Assembly (NCBI RefSeq): GCF_018350175.1
Contig: NC_058383.1
Coordinates: 6,326,001 to 6,390,000, forward strand
Reading direction: 5' to 3'
Length of the DNA: 64,000 bases
DNA from: Felis catus
Lineage: Eukaryota
A model generated the notes under the pieces. It was given only the letters and a program-made list of their open reading frames with translations, was not told where the DNA came from and ran no database searches. Of the stretch, positions 40,901 to 53,600 are shown piece by piece. Position 1 is the stretch's first letter, and every line of letters starts with the position of its first letter. A program made the translations under genes and the position numbers.

Positions 40901-41616
40901 CAGAACAGGCTTACACTGCTCCCGTCACAACACCCGAAATATCAGGCTCCAAGAGAAACAGCACGCTATCGAGGCTATGTGCTATCCTCATAGATTTTAC
41001 TCTAAATTCCAGCGTAGCATATCACATAGCAACTTTTTACTGCACCAAGTTGGTACTTAAAGAGCCTGTGACTACCGCTCAAACTCTACAATGTGCTTCC
41101 ACATTTAAATTTTAGTGGAAAATCAAATACCACGCATTGCTTCCAAATATCAATATTATGCCTTCCAAACTGAATGTGTTTGCGTGTATCAAAGGCGCCT
41201 TCCTAAGCAGGCTCTCTGCCAACAACCTGTGCTGTTCTAAAACGTTCCGGGCACTATCATTTCAGCTACCTTGAACCTCTGATGAGTGTTATCCAACCAA
41301 TTATTGATGATTTCCAAAAACATTGTCTCCATTTTTTTCTAAAGTGCTGAAGAAAGCAAATCACCAGTTTCCAAGCCTATCATGGGTCTTGTATAATCCA
41401 TTACTAAGCCTACAGAATGAAGTAGCAATTATTAAATCACCAATATCGCAACACGAGACCAACACCAACATAAGCTTAGGACAAACACCAAAACGAAGAG
41501 AAACTTCAGATCACACCATGTCTTCAGTCTAAACTGAAGACAGATGGCATTACTTTGTGGTACTTTGTGGGTGTGCACACAATTTCCAGGACTTGCAAGT
41601 CAGAGTAGCCATAATA

Positions 41617-41771
41617 CCGTGTACCATTGATTCGAAGACATTTTCTCTTATTTTAACATCTCTGAAATCTTCAAATGAATCATGCTGTAGTGTTATACTG
41701 GTGTTTCTTTTTTAGTGGTACATAAGGCAATGGTGTGACTTTCAAAGTCACCTTAGATTCACTGAAAGATG
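41617..41771 (+). mobile_element. MER104-like TcMar-Tc2 MITE
   Basis: ccgtgtaccattgattcgaagac...ttttaacatctctgaaatc...cttagattcactgaaagatg. Confidence 0.65.
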
Positions 41772-42654
41772 ACAATATTAATATTAGCTAACATATAACT
41801 ATGTACCAGACACTGCATGTGGATTATTTCATTTAATACTCATAAACTCTAAAGTGGCTCCAACTATTTCCCACCGTCTTTTTTTTTTTTTTTTTTTTTT
41901 AAGCTGAGAAAACTTAGAGATGAGGTCACTCATCTGAAGGCACAGGCTGGCTCCAGCCCAGCTCCTAACCACCCCACCTGGCTGGCTCCACAGAGGAAAG
42001 AACTTGCAGATGAGAGCGCCAACCATTCCTTGGAACATGGGTTCAAAGCTCAGCCATGAGTGCCCCCCCCCCATTTTTTAAGCCTGTTTATAAGCCCCCC
42101 TCCCTGTTTTTTAGGAAAATGGCAAAGAAAATGCAGGGCTCCAAGTATCACAATGGATATTATTTTAAAGACTTTATTATAAAGAAGGGTTGGTAATCGC
42201 CTTATAAAAAATTATATTCTTGCATAAAGAACAATTTTTTTTCTTTCTATTCATCCTGAATTCAATGAACAAATAATTAACATGCATTTTTCCCCTCTCA
42301 AAAAATACCCTATCATCTCTAGGGAAATGACATAAGAATTTCTAGAATCTGTACCTGAATTTTGTTTAAGTCTTAGTACTTGAAATAGTCCCAAATAACA
42401 CAACAATCCAGAAACATTCTGTAACATAAATCAACAATAACATTTGTTGGGGTAAGTTTACATATAAAGCTACCATTCCTAACTCTTAGCAAAAATATTT
42501 GGCACCTTTACAGAAATACATCTTTTGCTTCACACAAAGAAGGCATACTTATTTTTCAGAAGTTCATTAAATGGTAGCTTTCTCATCCTCCTGTTCAGCA
42601 TACACAAAGCCAGAATTATACATTTTTTTAATGGTATCATCTAGTTGGTTGTTG

Positions 42655-43145
42655 GTTGCCTTCCCAGCATCCATTTTTCTGTTCCCTCAGAATGTCCCAG
42701 TCCTGTATGCTGGGTAGGACTAACACCATTACTAGATGCCAAGATGGATCCTGACTGCCCAACCCGCACATCCCATCAACCTTACCACAGTGGCTGGTTC
42801 AGAGATGGATACATGACCCAAATCAGGCCAACCCAACAAGAGGATTCAACTCCAGGACTTCTACTCCAGCAAAGAACTATTGGAAAAGTGGACTTTTAAC
42901 ATCTCTGCTGGTTAAAGCCAGAAGGAAATCACTATGGGAGCATGTGGAGCCATCTTTTGATCACAAGAGAAAGAGACAGCCAAGAATGGTTCTGAGGTCA
43001 CAGCACTGAGAACCAAAGAGAAACTGGGTCCTTGTCATACAGTGAAACTACTTTTGGACTTTTCAGTTAACTTACTGAATAAAATGCTTTCTATTGAACC
43101 AATTTAAGCTAGGGTTTAAACCACTTACATCTGAAAGCATCTTGT
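42655..43145 (+). mobile_element. Old MLT1-like MaLR LTR
   Basis: ggctggttcagagatggatacatgacccaaatcaggccaa...aataaaatgctttctattgaaccaatttaagctagggtt. Confidence 0.65.
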
Positions 43146-45049
43146 TTTTAAAAACTAATAAAAAAACCCTCAATGTCATGAAGTGTGGTATTGTAAATAC
43201 ATGGCAGAAATAAAAACGTGAAACTGGCTGAACAAAGGAGGCAGGGTAAAATTCAGCGAACACCCTACCCGGTCAATGATGTCACTTACTAAGATGGTGT
43301 GGACTAGGATCAGAGCGCCTTGGGGAATGGCTGTCGTGCAAGGGGGTGGGGATAAAATCATAAGCTATCCAGAGGCAACTGGCTGCTCCTGTGCAAGAGA
43401 ATGTAATGCGCGCTCTGAACCATAAAGACTATCTATTTCCCCTTCTCGGTTCTTTCAAATAGTAGTCTTTAGTTTGGTCTCCTGATCTCCCTCCGTGGTT
43501 GTACACAGTTCAACTTGCCAGTGTCCATCCCTAAATCATCCGACCACGAGAAGCTCCACGACCCTGACAAAGACAACCGGCCGTCTTCACCAATGCTCCT
43601 GGAGCTGAAGCTAGAGGCAGTGAACACCGAAGCAGACGGTGACGGAGCCGTCCTAGCCAAGAGAAAGGACAATGTGAACAAATCTCTTTCCAGATCCCCT
43701 TTAGAAGAAGCGAAAATGAGGGCTTTTGTAGTTAATCTTTTAACATCTTGGAAATCGAGAAATAGCTGATGCTGTAGCAGGATGGTTTTGGATGCAAGTC
43801 ACATTCAAATCGAAAAGGGCACGAGGCAGCTGTCCAAACAAGAGATGCTCGCAGCTTGAACTAAGAGAGAGGCAAGGGGCATAGAGAGAAGACACGCTCC
43901 AGATGAACCATGGCTGCAGAAACGAGAGGGCTTGAGGAGTTAGATACAAAGGATATGACAACATGTCTTGGTTTGGGGTTTGAGCAACTGAGTGGATTTA
44001 ATGAAGCGAGCAAGACTGGGGACAGGAAGGTTTCTGGGGAGGAGAAAATCAGGAAGACTGGGACATGTAAAGTTGAAGGTGTCTACTAGGTGTGTGTGGG
44101 AACAAGAACGTCACCTTTCCAATCCTGCACAATCAAGGAGGAAAAAAAAGGCTACCTTACAAAAAAAACAAACAAACAGAAAACACCTTACCTAATGTTG
44201 TGAGTTTGTGGATTATCCTCACTGAAGCCTAAGGAGAGTTAAATCAACGTCCCATGAGAACATGTAGGCCTTCTCCTGCATAGGATTACTGATTATTGTA
44301 AAGTATATGAATTTATTATAGTTTAGATTAAGTGTGCTTCTGAGTACTTCCGTAACTGCACATGGTATGATTATCCATTTAGGACAAGAGGAAGTATCCT
44401 TTTCTGTCCTGTAAAATGTGTTTTTAAAGAGTAAAACAAGTTGCCTGCTATCTTTTTTAACCTAGAAATAAAAACACATACAAAACAAAACAAAACAAAA
44501 CACACAACGCTCTTGGGGCTTGGTTTGACAGCCTGGCTCAAGTGAGGAAATATACTTGAGAACTCTTTGGAAATGAAGAAACGCAGACAGAGAAGGCATT
44601 GCTATTATTGACATGTACGAGCAAGCATCAAGCAAATCTCAAATCTATCATTTGTAGGTAATATATGTAGAAATACAATTCAGTAAAATTTAGACTTTTT
44701 ATCCCAAAGATCTAGGAGAACTATAAGGCAATAAATTACAGGTGGTTACAACTTTTTCTACTTTTATCGAGTCAGTTATTTCTTCTTTAGGCACAGCTAA
44801 AATTAATAAGCAAGCCCATAAAAAGTTTAAAGCAAATATTGATCATAAATATTTAGGGAAAATACCAAGTTATGGATGCTGGTTTATGCAAGTTAGCATT
44901 TTTGTCCCCACTTTAGGGATGAGGTTATTTTCTGAAAATAGGTCAGAGGTAACCCCAAATGACATTCCAAATAAATGATATAAACCAGCACTGTTATTTA
45001 GAACCAAGACCCCAATCTTTCAAAGGGCTCACTGTAGAGAGTAGATCTC

Positions 45050-45250
45050 AGGGGCACCCAGCTGGCCAGTCGGAGGGGATGTAACTCTTGATCTCAGGGT
45101 CATGAGTTTGAGCCCCACGTGGTGTGTGGAGATTATTTGAAATTAAAATCTTAAAAAAAGAAAAAGGTAAATTTTTAAAGAGAGAGAGAGAGAGGGAGAA
45201 AGAAAGAGAAAGAAAAGAAAAGAAAACCAAAAAGAAAAGAAGAACGAAAA
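45050..45250 (+). mobile_element. Short CanSINE with purine-rich tail
   Basis: ggggcacccagctggccagtcgg...ctcttgatctcagggtcatgagtttgagcccc. Confidence 0.8.
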
Positions 45251-45689
45251 AAGACTGATTTCGGGACCAGATTTCTCAATCTGGAAAAAATTTGGGCTTA
45301 CTTAGTTTCATGCTGGAACAATTTGTGTGTGAGTGTGTGTGTGTTTGTGTGTGTGTTTAAGTATCAGAATAAACATATTCTCTGGGAAAAAAGTTTGTTC
45401 AGATCTACAAAGTATGCAGAGTATTTTTCACTCTCCAGAACCCAGGAATCTTCCTGTGAAGAAATACATATAAGCATGGCTATATGCCTTTAGACACTAT
45501 TTTAGCCTTTTAAAATATATTTGACACAATTATTTTGAATTTTCAGAACACCTGCATTTGAAAACAATTTCAACCAATGTACTAGTTGCCCTAAGAGACT
45601 GTTAAGAGCTGTAGATTCTTTTTTGTTTTCAACATTTTTAATTGTTGAAAAGCAATCTATTCTCAAGAGGAAAGAAGGGAGAGACCAAA

Positions 45690-46900
45690 CAGTACAAAAG
45701 GAATACAGTGAAAACATGTCCCTCTCACCCAGATCCTCAGGCCCTGGTTCTCCCCCAGGGACAATCACAATCAGTATTTTCAGCAGTACCCTTGCAGTGA
45801 TACCCTATACAAATAGGTCAATAAATTTCCCCTTTTATTTTTTATTTATTACTCAAATAGTATTACAACATTCACTCCTCTGAATCTTTTTCCCCCACAC
45901 AATAATGTGTCTTAGAAAGTGCTTTGTATCAGAATCTTATAAGCACAATCTTATTCTGTTAAACAGCTACACATCCTTGGGTATATAACATAATTGATTT
46001 AACTAGTGCTCTATTAATGGCACATTTAGGTTGTTTTCTCTCCTAGTCTCAAACAATGCTGCAATGATTTTGCATAGATGTTTTTTTAACTTATTTACTT
46101 ATTCATTTTTAAGTGATCTCTATACCCAATGTGGGGCTCAAACTCGTGACCCCAAGATCAAGAGTCTCATGCTCTTCTGAGCCAGCCAGGCGCCCCTTGC
46201 ATATATCTGTAAGAAAAATTCCCGGAGGCAAAATTGGTCAATCAAAGGCATAGACATTTATTATCTGACAGTACCAAGCTGCTGTCCTTACTCTATTGTA
46301 TCAATTTACATTCTCAGCCAACAATGGAAAAGAGCTTCCACTTTTCCACACCTTTGTCATCATAACAAATTTTCAAATTCTTTGGTCTCTGTCAATCTGC
46401 TTAGTGAAAAACTGTTTCACTCCCAGTTTCAACTGGTATTTTGTTTGGTATGTAGGGCTGGGTATCTTTTCCCATGTTTGAAACCCATTCTCTGTCTTTT
46501 CTGAAGTGTTTGTATTCTTTGCAAATAGGTTATTGGCCTTTTTCTAATTGATTTTGAAAGCTCTTTATATATTAAGGAAGCTAGACTTTCATTTTCATAT
46601 AGACTGCAAATTATTTTTCCTAGGTTGTCTCTGCATATAAACTTCTATCCATTTTTTTTCTCATGGAGAAATTTTCTATCCAACTACTTAAGTCTTTTTA
46701 ATTGCTTATAATTGTTTATCAGCTGATTCTTTTGGACTTCTAAAACAAATAATAGCAATTTTGCTTTCTGCTGTCTTTCTCTAGTTAATAACAATTTTGA
46801 CAGAGCACATCCCTGTATTGTTCCCGATTTTAATGGGAATGCTTCCAAGGTTTCACAATTAAAGACGAGGCTGGCTTAGGCAACTAATGCTATTTCTCCA
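45690..46900 (-). mobile_element. Very old L1ME-like fragment with a nested short SINE (~46080-46196)
   Basis: taatggcacatttaggttgtt...aacaatgctgcaatga...ttgttcccgattttaatgggaatgcttcc. Confidence 0.6.
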
Positions 46901-47767
46901 GGGAACTTTCTGAATGCATAGAGAATTTAACAATTTGTTCTTGAGTATTACTTTTCACGTTTATCAATAGGTTTTATAGATTTTCTTCAGTGTCAAAGCA
47001 TACCATTAGTGTTAGCACTGACATAATTATTTGGGAGTAAGAAATAACAGGAACCTATGGCCCTCTATTTACACCAGGCTACCCTATAAATAATCCATAA
47101 CTACGCATCAAAATATTTAATCCGCATCAAGTCCTTGTGCAACATGCAAAGGCAGGTATCTTGCATCACAGACAGGCGAACGGAGGCTAAAAGATTGTAA
47201 TTCCACCCACCCCCTTTCTTCACTTCTGTGAGTTAAAAATCAAATTCAGACCTTCTGACTCCCCGAGTCAGTGTTTAAGCCACAAGAAAGTACTGTGCGT
47301 GGCCTTTAGAGAATCTAGCGAATGCCCAACGTACAAAGAAAAACGCAGGCCGCTGTCTACATCCCGCAGCCTCACAACGTTCTCTTCCAGACTCCTGAAA
47401 GCAACCTCCAAGTTGGACTCGGGAGCTGAAAACATCTGAAATGCATCACCCAGCAGCCGGCAAAATAGGTTCATGCTCAGTGATACACGATGTTGCTGAC
47501 ATTCCTCAGCCAATTAGAATTCCTTTCAGCTGCAATGGAGGTGAACACAGCTGGAATGAGAGTGGGGCGCGTCACCAGGCGCATTGATTGTACATTATTT
47601 AAGCCTTGTTTTAAAACAATAAAAGAGCTCCCCCCACTTTAATCCGGAAGCATGGAAACAACATTCCACTTAGTTTAAATATCCAAATGGATTACATTGC
47701 ATCTATAGACACAACAGTAATTCTAAATTTTAAAAAGAAGATATTTCCAGTCCACATGGCTAGGTGC

Positions 47768-47817
<50 letters not shown>
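47768..47817 (+). repeat. (TG)n microsatellite
   Basis: Directly visible. Confidence 0.95.
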
Positions 47818-47822
<5 letters not shown>

Positions 47823-49980
47823 ACAGAGCTTTCCAGCTCATCTTTAAGTAGCATGCCTTAGGGACGTGGTCAGCTAGAATGAGGTGGATGACAAGCCAAT
47901 TTAAGTTAGGGGTTGTCTCTCAATAACATTCACTTACAGAACAACAAGCAAACCAGTCACTTAGATTGTTCAGTGACAAAAATAAAATAAATAAATAACC
48001 ACATATTTTTAATTCTCTACTGGTTTAAAAATATTTAACCTCTAAAACGGTTTGAAATTACAACAATTTGATCCAAGTAAGAATCCTAAAAATTAGGGTT
48101 TCTCAACCAGAGAATCAGAGCACTGCCAGGATACTAAATTATTTCATCTATTTCCGAAGGTTTTTGAACTTCCCTTTTGCTCTTGGCACTCAATAAAATG
48201 CACAATTCAGCTACTTTAACTTTTAACCAGTGTCCACAAACATGTTACAAAACAGCCAGTTTAGTTAAGTGGATCATTGAGCTGATGTTGAAATATTATG
48301 GGTCAGTCTTTTTTTTTTTTAATTCGTGAGGAAATACTTTCTTCCCAAGTGACTCAGCCCCCAGAACCTCCCCTTACACACAGCACAACACTCCAGAACC
48401 CGACAATTCGACCAAACAGAGAAAATGAAAATTTGGGGACTAGAAGGAAAAACTCAAAGTTCAGACACCACTTTTATGGTTGCAGAAATAGGAGTTGTGA
48501 ACTGAAATAATTAGACTTGAAGTCAAAAATTCTAGTTGGATATCACTACAATTACTATCGAGCTATAGACAGAAATAAAGTGTACAAGGTATTTCATCTC
48601 TCAGGTCAGTTAGGGGGTCAAGAAGTTTTAAAAAACGGATTTGAGGGGGAAAAAAAGGTTTTTCTTAAGACCTCTCCAATGTGGTCAAATCACAAATACA
48701 ACCTATATTTGGCAGAATGTGATTCCTTTTCAAGTAAAACTGAAGCTTAACTTTTGCAATAGTTACTTGGGGTAGCACATCCCACACCCTTAACCAGCAT
48801 TAATCCAGCCAAAGAAGTGCCTTCACAGTACCTTCATAAATCTGAGGCTGAGCCCGAGGAAAACTCAGAAGCAGCTCAGGGCTAAACACTGATGACTTAT
48901 GCCAGCTTATCCCGGTTTCGTCGTTAAAAACCAAAGTGTTGCCTGCCTTACATAAGCGAGGTTCTCTGCTGCCATAAACCAATAAAGGGAACTCTCTTAA
49001 CAGCCTTCTTAACCTTTAAGAGAAACAGAACTATTTCAAATCAATTAGACCACCTGTTATTGATCAATTACAGTTATTAACAGTTATTACTACAACTGTT
49101 TCTCTCCAAGTCGCATCATCTGGACGCCAAACCCCAAGTCGGCCTTACTTTCCATGTGCTACAACTTTAAAAATAGCCTCCATTTCCATATGCTATCAAG
49201 GAAGGCCTCTTCCCTTCTCTCTACTTGGAATTAGAATTTTTCTCTTTGCAACACGCAGTCACGCTTCAAAAGATATAAAAACACAAGGAGGTCTGAGAGT
49301 GTTTCAAGGCCTAAATACCCAAAAAAGTTTAGGCATTTGCTATTTCAACTAACTGGTTAACATTGGAATAAAATTTAATTTGCTTGAAGAGCACTGTGGA
49401 ACCCTTAGAGCCCAAAATTCCATTCTTTTACCCAAAGTGGCCTAAATAATGTATCTGGGATTCATTTGTGTACCACATAAGAAACAAAAGTTTTTGCAAA
49501 TCCTGCTTGAACTTAAAACCGTTTCCGAAGTGTTTGATTTGCCAGTGAACTCTAAATGTCTGCAAGATAATGTTAAGATCACTTTGATTTTGCACATATT
49601 ATGCCCCAAACCTACTGAAACTATTTAAAAACTATTTTCCTGTTAAAACATCACAAAGACATTCATTAAAGTTAAATTCTTTTAAATATAAAGACTCAAA
49701 TATTCTTCTACTACATAGGCCAGGCTTCCAAAGCAGCTCCATATACCACTCAACAGTTTTCAAAAGCTGAAAGGGCTCCAGAGGAAGAAAAAAAATATAT
49801 CATAATCAATACACAGAATTAATGCTTAGCATAAATTAAACATAAGAGCTGTGTTTTAACACAAATTTCTGAATGTCAGCATTGAGATTTAATAACACAA
49901 AGCATAAGTACCCAACATAATTTAGAATAAGTAGGTAGCCAAATGGAGACTCAAAGATGTTAGAATAAAGTTGAAATCTC

Positions 49981-50400
49981 GGGGCATCTGGGTGGCTCAG
50001 TCAGTAAAGCGGTTGGACTCTTGATTTTGGCTCAGGTCACAATCTCATGGCTCGTGAGTTCGAGCTCAGCTGTTAGCACAGAGCCTGCTTGGGATTCTCT
50101 CTCTCTGTCCCTTCCCCGCTCACTCTCTAAATCTCTCTCTCCAAATAAACATTTAAATAAAATTTTTAAGTTGAAATCTCATTTTATATGATGAAACTGA
50201 GACCCCAAAAGGTCACATAATTTGTTCCATATCATGCAGTTTAGGATAGAGCTGAACAAAATCAAGTCTTTTTTACCCTAAGCAGGCTTCACGTCCACCA
50301 CGGAGCCCAATGTGGGGCTTGAACTCACGACCCTGAAATCAAGACCCAAGCTGAGATCCAGAGTGAGACACTCAACCCACTGAACCGACCCAGGTGCCCC
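49981..50400. mobile_element. CanSINE (+, ~49981-50165) and truncated CanSINE (-, ~50268-50400)
   Basis: TSDs aagttgaaatctc and tcaagtct. Confidence 0.82.
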
Positions 50401-53201
50401 TCAAGTCTCTTAATTCTAAATCCAATGCTCTCTTCATCACCAAATACAACTGTGGACCCCAAAGTTCTAAATGCTCTTTAGAACTCCCATGCCATCAGAT
50501 GTCACCTTGAATTATGCTCTGTGTGGTATTACTGACTGGTTAGAATGTCCCTCATTTTTAAAAATATTTTTTTCAAATATCACAGGTAGAAATAAACTCT
50601 GAAACCTGTAACAAAACCATACAACTTTTAAAAGATGGCTATCCAACAGGCCAGAAGTGAAGGGAGTTCAAACTGCCCCTGAAAGCTTGAAGATGAGGCC
50701 AAAACCACCCCGCTTCAACGAAATATCTGGTTCCAACGTTACAACATAAATGAACTTTCAACAGACAACTGCACGTGGGTCTACAATGACCACTCAACTC
50801 TCCATCCTGTTGCGGGGATGACCACACTCACAGGTCATCTCAGACCACCAATAACATCACCAGGGGTGAAGGGAAAAGGTGGTTTGGAAACAACACCCTT
50901 TACCTGATCCTTCAATATCAAATGCCATCCAAAACTCTCCAAAGCATTTCTACTTCTTGTGGCACCTAAATTTCTGAATCCAAAAATAATTTGGGAGGAC
51001 AAACCAAGTCCCCCCCACCCCCTTCACACAGGAAAGGCCCAGACCTGCCAATTAGTCTTGATTAATATATATATTACACCTGACACACTCTCATTAGAAC
51101 CTATTCCTTGTGAAACATTAATCATATTTCTACCAAAACTCATGAAGTCAGTTACTTCTGCTTTTAGCAAAATGAAACCAATCTGATGTCAATTACAGTT
51201 TACACTGTAAATGAGAATCAAATTAAAGTTGTCAGTAATTAAAGTTTTACAAGCATCACAAAGTCAAAAACATGGCTTTCATGTAACCATAAAAATAACA
51301 ATGTTATACATTGTATCTCCATAGTGAGAAGTGTTTCCTACAAGTCCTGGAATAAAGGATGATGTTTCTCCAGAAGCAAAGATCCCTGGAATATATGGCT
51401 GTCACTCCACAAAACCAGGGTCTGGATTTGGGTCCAAATCATCTGATCTGAACATATCATCTCATCATAACCTAATGTGACCTCTTTATACAAAAAAAAA
51501 AAAAAATTATAACTCTTCTCTCGAAACAAACAAAAAATCATGCAACAACCATGTACCTTCAAAGGAAACTTTAGTTTTTAAACAATCACCCATTGTTGTT
51601 TTCATGGATTTTACCGACGAATTAGTGTTACGCATCTGCGATAAAGTGTCCAAAATGCTCATTCTGTCTGTGAAAGGATCTGACCAGACTCTGACTTCGG
51701 AGTCCTCACCACACGGGCCACCGAACAGAAAAATCCAGGGGAAAGCCCCCGTCAGGAATTAGCCTGAACTTTTTATTTCCTTTCCAGGGCTGGAAATATT
51801 CGAGTTCGGAAAGTCCCGCAGCAGAACCGCATCTGCAGCCCTACAATCCCGCCTCAGGTGTGAATTTGAGCTGGGAGGCGCGGCCGCGGCGCCCTAAGCC
51901 CTGAGGACACCGAGAAGGGGCGGGCGAGGGCGCAGACCGGCCCGGGATCTCCGGGGCCCGCTAGCGAGGGGCGCCTCCCGCAGACAGCTCGCGTCCACAC
52001 TCCTCCAAACCCGCGCGTCGCCGGCCCGCAGAGCCTCGCGCTCACCCTTGAAGGTGGCACTACAGAGGCTCCTAGGAGACACGGGCATTTCATTGAAAAG
52101 ACGAAACGGGAGCGAATCAAGGAGCCTGCGTTAGTGCAGCTGCCAGAGCCTCCAGCGGGGGGCGGGGCGGGGGTCCCTCAGCGCCTCGGCAGGGCTCAAG
52201 GATGCTGGGGGAGGGGGGGGGCGGTGACGGCAAAGTGCAATGCAGAGAAGGAAAGAATTGAAGAAGCACGGTCAGGAGTGGATAGTGGCCTGGCCTGAGG
52301 GAGAAAGGAAGTGGAGCAGACCGAAGAGGTCTGGACCAGCGGGGAAGTGAGGAGAACAGGACGGGGAGAAGCCACGAGATAGGACTGAGGAATTCGAGGC
52401 TGAAGGAAAGGGTGGAGGCAGCGAGACAGAAGCAAGGGGGCGGGGCCGGGAGATAAGCAAGGGAGGGACTAGGTAGAAAATGAGGGGCGGGGCTTAGGGG
52501 GAAAGTAAGGGAGCCCGGCCAAGGGAGAATAAAGGGGCGGGGCCGGGGGGGAGAAGCCGGGGGGCAGGTGGGGGGGTGGTAGCGGGAGGAAGGTACAGAG
52601 TGTGGGGGAGGGGGCGAGAGCCGGGGGCAGGAGGGAGAAGCCAGGGGGCACGTCCGAGGGCAGACTGGGGAGCGGGAGACGACGGGAAGGTGGTGAGAAG
52701 CGAGGGGCGGGACCGAGAGCAAGGGGCGGGGCCTGGAGGGAAAAGCGAGGAGGCAGGTAAGGGGAGAGGGAAGAAAGCGAGGGGTAGGAAAGGGGGGGGG
52801 GGGAGATGAGGAGTAGGGGCGGGGCCACGAGAGGGAGAACCGAGGGGACAAGGCGGGGATGAGGGAGGGGGGCGACCGGGGTGGAGGGGTGAAAGCAGGA
52901 GGGGAGAAGCGAAGGGGCAGGTGGGGGAAGGAGGAGGAAAGCGAGAGGGCCGCGGGGGGGAATCGGGGTGAGAAGCGAGGGGGCGGGGCCGGGAGCAGCG
53001 AGGGGGCGGGGCCGGGAGCGAGGAGCGAGGGGCACTCGCCGAGGGGGGTGACGAGGTCCTGGGACAACGGCCGGCGTGGGGGAGGGCCACTCCACCGGGG
53101 CGCTCTGCGGGAAATTCCGGGGCTGCTGGGGGGCCGTGCGGGGCGCCAGGGGGCGTCGGGGGAGCGGGGGGGGGGGCGGGTGGGCCTCCCACCGGCCGTA
53201 C

Positions 53202-53256
53202 CTGTCAGACGGATCTTGATGCTGGAGCCGTTCCTGCGCGTCCCGGGGTTCGACAT
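53202..53256 (-). CDS. SMURF1: SMURF1 first coding exon (18 codons + 1 nt; start of the C2 domain), partial CDS
   Basis: Minus strand reads gagATG TCG AAC CCC GGG ACG CGC AGG AAC GGC TCC AGC ATC AAG ATC CGT CTG ACA G|GTACGG = MSNPGTRRNGSSIKIRLT(V). This is the SMURF1 N-terminus as I recall it (SMURF2 is MSNPGGRRNGPVKLRLT). A canonical GT donor follows at 53201-53200, within a CpG island. Confidence 0.96.
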
Positions 53257-53600
53257 CTCCCGCCAACGATCGGGCAGCCGCGGATCCAGCGCCGCCGCCC
53301 CCCGGCCCGGCCCGGCCCGGCCCCGCCGCCGCCGCCTCAAGGTTACGGCTCCGGGCTGGGCGCCGGGGTCCGAGCCGGGACACAAACTCCGCGGCCCAGG
53401 CGTCCGGGCGGCGGGAGGATGGTCGAGCCGGGGGATCCGCGCTCGACCCGGCGCCCCCGACCCTCGCTCGCTCCCAGCCGAGCCCAGTCCGAAGCCGCCT
53501 CCGCCGCCACCACCACCACCTCCTCAGAGCCGGACGCCCGCCGCCCTCGCCGCTTCCGCCGCCGCCGCCGCCTCCCGGAGCCGCGCGCGCTCCCGCCGCC
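53257..53600 (-). other. SMURF1: SMURF1 GC-rich 5' UTR (transcription start approximate)
   Basis: Very GC-rich with (GGC)n and (GGT)n tracts directly upstream of the ATG. No upstream ATG seen. The 5' limit is inferred. Confidence 0.65.

Larger units (their letters stand above)
1..53201 (-). other. SMURF1: SMURF1 intron 1 (continues beyond the window start; >53 kb)
   Basis: Begins at the GT donor after exon 1. No sequence encoding the next residues (LCAKNLAKKDFF) was found by eye. Confidence 0.85.

Noticed and set aside
1739..48357. Scattered AP-1 sites (TGACTCA/TGAGTCA)
   Set aside because: The number seen is about what chance gives for a 7-mer in this length, and they are not clustered.
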